NCBI GenBank assembly: GCA_964016885.1 | Contig: OZ024751.1 | Coordinates: forward strand, 6,634,001-6,698,000 | DNA: 64,000 nucleotides | From: Eledone cirrhosa | Lineage: Eukaryota | Direction of reading: 5' to 3' | In this document: positions 57,880-64,000 of the stretch, in pieces | How the letters are laid out: every line of letters starts with the position of its first letter | Position numbering within the stretch: position 1 is the stretch's first letter | Notes under the pieces: model-generated | The model's input: only the letters and a program-made list of their open reading frames with translations | What the model was told of the DNA's origin: nothing | Databases searched by the model: none | Position numbers and translations under genes: made by a program

Positions 57880-58566
57880 TGATTCTTTATTATCTTGAAG
57901 GTCTCGCCAGTGTTCATTTATCTGTTCCAGATAATAAAGACCTTCAAGATAATAAAGAATCATCTGTACTCTACCAACATGCTAAGATAGAACACAAGGG
58001 TAAATTAGAGAACATAGAAATAAAAATAGAATCTACACACAGAAAAGATGCAATGTTTAGACAAATTACAGTGGCAATAAACATAAAAGAATTACAACCA
58101 AAATTAAATAGAAAATATGAGTGGAACAGCAACATCACAACTTACAATTAAGGTCAAAATGAAAACACACACACACATAGAACAAACAACCAACTAATAA
58201 CATGTAAATAAATAAATAAATAAACAAATAGATAAATGAACACAAACACACACAGACACCCGGATGTGGCGCATGCGCAAACTGAGCACACAACACACAC
58301 ACAGAAACAAAATGGCGTAGGACAGAAGAAAGGAAAGGCACAGAAACAAAGAAAGGAATCCCCAGTCACTGAAGAGGTCACAGAGTGTGTGACGAAATGA
58401 CTATGACTATATATAAACAACTATCTGGTTGTGGAACCAACCAACCAACCAGAAATGTATAAATTTGTAGATTTGTAAATTTATAAATTTATAAATATAT
58501 AATAAATTGAAGTGAAAGCAACTGGTGCGTGTGTTTCTTATTGGCAACATGACCCTCCCAAAGTAT

Positions 58567-58572
<6 letters not shown>
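57880..58572 (+). mobile_element. P3 PLE 3' fragment with HHR family L at 58365-58407
   Basis: LQDNKESSVLYQHAK...LQPKLNRKYEW matches the 41410 ORF; short inverted piece at the 5' end. Confidence 0.9.
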
Positions 58573-58653
<81 letters not shown>

Positions 58654-58840
58654 TATATATATATATATCTTTTACTCTTTTACCTTTTCCAGCCATCCGA
58701 CTGAGGCCATTTATTAAAATAACAGATTAAAGCAAAGCATTGCTGCTTTCACCCTTATTCTTCATATTTATTATTATTACTATATATATATTGATATTAA
58801 CAATATTAATAAATGGAAAATATCTTTATAATACTTTATT

Positions 58841-58900
58841 TATTTTATTATACGTATGTCAAGGACACTAAATTTTAGTGTGCTTTCATCAGATAAAATA
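58841..58900 (-). ncRNA. HHR family D, diverged copy (GAAA>GACA)
   Basis: Minus strand: TATTTTAT-CTGATGA-AAG c ACACTAA aat TTAGTGT c CTT-GACAT ACGT ATA-ATAAAATA. Confidence 0.75.
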
Positions 58901-59522
58901 TAATATTTTGTGTGAAGATATTGACATACCTTAGCGTAGACTTAATAGTATAAGCCCGTTAGCGATATATAATTGTTCTAAACAAAAGTGCAGCTTTCTT
59001 TTCTTAGTGTGTCTGAGTTATTTTTAAAAATACATTTGGTGTAAGAATGTTCTTCTTTCTTGCTAGAATGCTAGTAGTGTTGTCAGTTGTCGTTGTTTTT
59101 GAAGAAGATGACGAAACAATGCCTCGGGTGTGTAGCATTTTTGCAGGGCAGTTTTGGTAATGAATTGAAGAATCAAAGCGAAGTCACAGTAAATATTCTG
59201 TAGAATCGAAGTTTGGTAAATAATTTGAAGAAGTGAAGTTTTATAATATAGTTGAGTAGCTTGGTAATTATATATTGCTCAGAAAGCTGCGTGTTCAGAT
59301 CACGTCGGGATGTCACAAATTGAAGCATTGTTTAGTAAGTGTTGTTAGAGGTGAAATAACACGATAAAATAGATAGTACAAAATTTACTTCGTTTCAGTT
59401 AATGAAAGTACAAACAATAAGTTACTACAAGTGATAAAGGTTGACGATGTTTTTGTTGTTGTTATTCCGTTCTGCTGAAATACCGATTGGCCGGAGAATG
59501 TGAGAGCCTGTCAGGGGAGAGA

Positions 59523-59586
<64 letters not shown>

Positions 59587-59591
59587 GAGGG

Positions 59592-59622
<31 letters not shown>

Positions 59623-60148
59623 GAGAGATGTATATGTAGTTAAATAATTACGTAGACATACGAAGCTCGGCTGAAGAGTTTATCGGATGACCAAGATATT
59701 CTCATGAAATGACCAGATGAGGTATATTTGTCAACATAGTCCCTCGAAAGATTCAATAATGCAGTTATTAATAAAAAGCGATGAAACTAATGCGTGTCAG
59801 ATTTCACAGCTCTAGCATCACTCCTTCATAGGTAGACTATGAGTAGATAAACATAAATACACCTATATATATACGATGTAACGCTATGTTGACATAATTT
59901 GAAATATGGATGGCTTCATATTATTATCTGGAATATATACAATCGCATTCTCTTGAGTTTCCCAGGGAACCTTTGTCTTACCCACAATATAAATCAATTT
60001 ATCGTTCTTTCAATCATTTTCTGAAATTTCCGGATGAAGCTTAACATATATTTACAAAGTGTTGACGATAGCACTGCATGAAATATCATATATACAATAC
60101 TTCATTAGTATTAATGCAGATTAATATATTGGTTGTATTAATTTTATA

Positions 60149-60608
60149 AGAGCGGTGGATTGGCAGTATCAGTAGAAGGTCGGACGCCATGCTTTGAAGC
60201 ATAGAGTTACGCCCCTTCCCATTCTGAGTTCAAATCCCGCCGAGGTTAACTTTGCCTTTCATCATTACGGGGTCGATAAAATAAAGTACCAATAATGCAC
60301 TGGGTAATTGCTGGCCTTGTGCCAAAAGTAGAAACAATTAATTGTATATTATATAATTTATAAATATACATGTATGTATTTACTTGAAGGCGCAGATCTA
60401 AATAATGATTTCTGATTTAGGAACAAGGCCAATAATTTACAGGGAGGGGGAAAGTCGATTAAATCGACTCCCGTGTTACTAGTACTTTAGTTCATCGACC
60501 CCGTAAGGATGGAAGGTAGTGCTAACATTGGCGGCATTTGAACTCAGAACGTAAAGAACTCTATGTCGTGAAGCATCATGTATGTCGCTCTACTGATTGT
60601 TTGCCAGC
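60149..60608. mobile_element. Two SINE S1 copies tail-to-tail (60149-60340 +, 60420-60608 -)
   Basis: A/B boxes and central domain; the minus copy is more diverged. Confidence 0.85.
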
Positions 60609-60975
60609 AAGAGTGAAAGCCTTCATGTCATAGAGATGCAGATGATTCGTAGAGGTCATATAGACCATATGACGTCTAAAATGTGAGATGGATCATTGTA
60701 GTAACAAGAATCATTATAAACATACTTGAGACGTCAATCTACTGCTAAGAGCGTGTGCATCATAAGGATGAGAAACGGGTACATATTTGTCAAGACAAGT
60801 AAACAGCTACAGAAAATAATTGATGGATCGTTGGAGTTTGTGGGTGGAGCTAAACATACATATAAACCCTATTAGAGATATAAGTACAGTTTTCAAAGAG
60901 AATAATGCTACCGATACTATTACTGCTGCAGATTCAGCTAAAACCACACCTCTATCGCCCCACCTCCATTATAAC

Positions 60976-62592
60976 TACAACAACTACTACTACTTCTACA
61001 CTACAACCACCAACGGTACCACTACTACTACTTCTCCACTACAACCACCAAAGCTACCACTACTACTACTTCTACACTACAACCACCAACGCTACCACTA
61101 CTACTACTTCTACACTACAACCACCAACGCTACCACTACTACTACTTCTACACTACAACCACCAACGCTACCACTACTACTACTTCTACATTACAACCAC
61201 CAACGCTACCACTACTACTACTTCTACACTACAACCACCAACCCTACCACTACTACTACTTCTACACTACAACCACCAACGCTACCACTACTACTACTTC
61301 TACACTACAACCACCAACGCTACCACTACTACTACTTCTACACTACAACCACCACCGCTACCACTGCTACTACTTCTCCACTACAACCACCAACCCCTAC
61401 CACTGCTACTACTTCTACACTACAACCACCACCGCTACCACTACTACTACTTCTACACTACAACCAACGGTACCACTGCTACTACTTCTACACTACAATC
61501 ACCAACCCCTACCACTACTACTACTTCTACACTACAACCACCACCGCTACCACTGCTACTACTTCTCCACTACAACCACCAACGCTACCACTACTACTAC
61601 TTCTACACTACAACCACCAACGCTACCACTACTACTACTTCTACACTACAACCACCAACGCTACCACTGCTACTACTTCTACACTACAACCACCAACGCT
61701 ACCACTACTACTACTTCTACACTACAACCACCAACGCTACCACTACTACTACTTCTACACTACAACCACCAACGCTACCACTACTACTACTTCTACATTA
61801 CAACCACCAACGCTACCACTACTACTACTTCTACACTACAATCACCAACCCCTACCACTACTACTACTTCTACATTACAACCACCAACGCTACCACTACT
61901 ACTACTTCTACACTACAATCACTAACCCCTACCACTACTACTACTTCTACATTACAACCACCAACGCTACCACTACTACTACTTCTACACTACAACCACC
62001 AACGCTACCACTACTACTACTTCTACACTACAACCACCAACGCTACCACTGCTACTACTTCTACACTACAACCACCAACCCCTACCACTACTACTACTTC
62101 TACATTACAACCACCAACGCTACCACTGCTACTACTTCTACACTACAACCACCAACCCCTACCACTACTACTACTTCTACATTACAACCACCAACGCTAC
62201 CACTACTACTACTTCTACACTACAATCACCAACGCTACCACTACTACTACTTCTACACTACAACCACCAACGCTACCACTACTACTACTTCTACATTACA
62301 ACCACCAACGCTACCACTACTACTACTTCTACACTACAACCACCAACGCTACCACTACTACTACTTCTACACTACAATCACCAACGCTACCACTACTACT
62401 ACTTCTACACTACAACCACCAACGCTACCACTACTACTACTTCTACATTACAACCACCAACGCTACCACTACTACTACTTCTACATTACAACCACCAATG
62501 CTACCACTACTACTACATCTACATTACAACCACCAATGCTACCACTACTACTACTTCTACACTACAACCAACGGTACCACTACTACTACAAC
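60976..62592 (+). repeat. 38-bp minisatellite, ~42 copies
   Basis: Unit CTACCACTACTACTACTTCTACACTACAACCACCAACG; the translation cycles through three frames every 38 aa. Confidence 0.95.
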
Positions 62593-62917
62593 AGTTGATC
62601 ATACTATAACTTACATATATCCCTACGTTTGTCACATAATTTCTATTGAAATTGGTATCTCTTATTTCCTCGCAAGCTTTCTAACATTATATATGAAATA
62701 TAAAATATATATGATATATACGATGATATATATATATATATTATATATACCACATATTATGTAATCTGCTATTTGCACCAATGGAAAACAACTTGAGTTA
62801 TTTCATTGTATCAGTTATAATAAATTGTATTGCGTTAGTATTTTGTTTGATGTCGGTGATGCAACATTTAAAATATATTTTATTTCATGTTCACTAAGTC
62901 ATCATATAGATAAACAT

Positions 62918-63110
62918 AGGGCGGTGAATTGGCAGTATCGGTAGAGGGTCGGACGCCATGCTTTGACGCATAGAGTTACGGCTCTTGCCATTCTGAGTTC
63001 AAATCCCGCCGAGGTTAACTTTGCCTTTCATCCTTACGGGTTCGATAAAATAAAGTACCAGTAATGCACTGCGATAATTTCTGGCCTTGTGCCAAAAGTA
63101 GAAACAATTA
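62918..63110 (+). mobile_element. SINE S1
   Basis: A/B boxes and central domain. Confidence 0.9.
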
Positions 63111-64000
63111 TATAGATAAACATAGGTTTAAATATATAATGAAATAGATCCCGATACAAATAGTACGTATTTACATTTTTGTGTAACATGTGTATATTTG
63201 AGAATGTAGAATACAATTCAGAATAACCCCACATTTACGGAGCATAAAGTCATTCTAAGTGTTGAACATTTCAATACATCTTAAATCATATATGCCTGAT
63301 TGGAAAGCGATGATTCTGTGAAATCTAACTTAAGATTATAGTTATTGTATTGTAAGAGATGTTAAAATTATTATTCCCCAAACATAGTTCAGGAAATGTG
63401 CGTAACTTTGTTCATATATGCAGAAATATATTTCCAGAAAATTAGGTAGTGGAGTGGTAGAGACTATAAGGAGAATCTGACTATAAGTACTTTGCATTCT
63501 AACTTCAAACATCCTTGCAACTGATATTGAATTGCATCCCAATTTCTGTCAATGGATTGAAAAGCGGTAATAACTTGGGATTAATGAAATCAACAATATA
63601 CACGCCTCTCCTCGAATTTAAGGCTTTGTACGAATGCAAGAACTCAATATTATTCCAGAAGAACTCCAGAGTGAATGTTATATTATATCCGGATTTAAAT
63701 TTGACAAATACGCTTTGCAGTTCCGGGGGAAGGTATACGTCAGAGCATTATATTTTTTAGAATATAAATTATAGTCCTTTTATTGTAATCTATAGTTTAC
63801 AGGTACTTTCTTACGGCTACGAAATTCACTGCAAATACACACGAATTACATCCATCGAAATTAGGAATTAAAAGTTAACATCAAATTCAATATAGGAAAG
63901 TAGGAAAAATACATGGAATACGCATGTAGTTATTTTGACAATCGCTATCTATCACTAAATATATTCCCGACCTTTCTGCTCATATGAATGTATCTATATA

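Noticed and set aside
60976-62592. CRISPR array or telomeric repeat
   Set aside because: No unique spacers, no cas genes, eukaryotic context, and not a TTAGGG-type unit.
60820-62764. 592-aa and 619-aa ORFs resembling mucin or Thr-rich proteins
   Set aside because: The 38-bp unit is not a multiple of 3; the same peptide cycle appears in overlapping frames, so the ORFs reflect a stop-free repeat.

Overview
AT-rich eukaryotic DNA saturated with (TA)n/(CA)n microsatellites; I see no convincing host gene. The SINE types and repeat landscape suggest a mollusc, probably an octopus-like cephalopod (inference). Nearly all listed ORFs are microsatellite artefacts. The real coding remnants are decayed Penelope-like retroelements (PLEs; RT + GIY-YIG) of at least four families, a Helitron remnant and a LINE 3' end. 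About a dozen tRNA-derived SINE copies and a 38-bp minisatellite are also present. The main signal, invisible in the ORF track, is a dense set of type I hammerhead ribozyme (HHR) motifs. By eye I count about 15 sequence families and over 35 copies, many decayed. They show palindromic stem III, U3-A8 core covariation, U-U or C-A at the base of stem II, and 90-100 nt stem II extensions. They lie in PLE 3' ends, in retrozyme-like tandem arrays (~430-446 bp) and in a 340-bp direct-repeat pair 699 bp apart. Modules are typically bounded by (TA)n tracts and often duplicated as fold-back inversions. All structures were paired by eye and coordinates are approximate.
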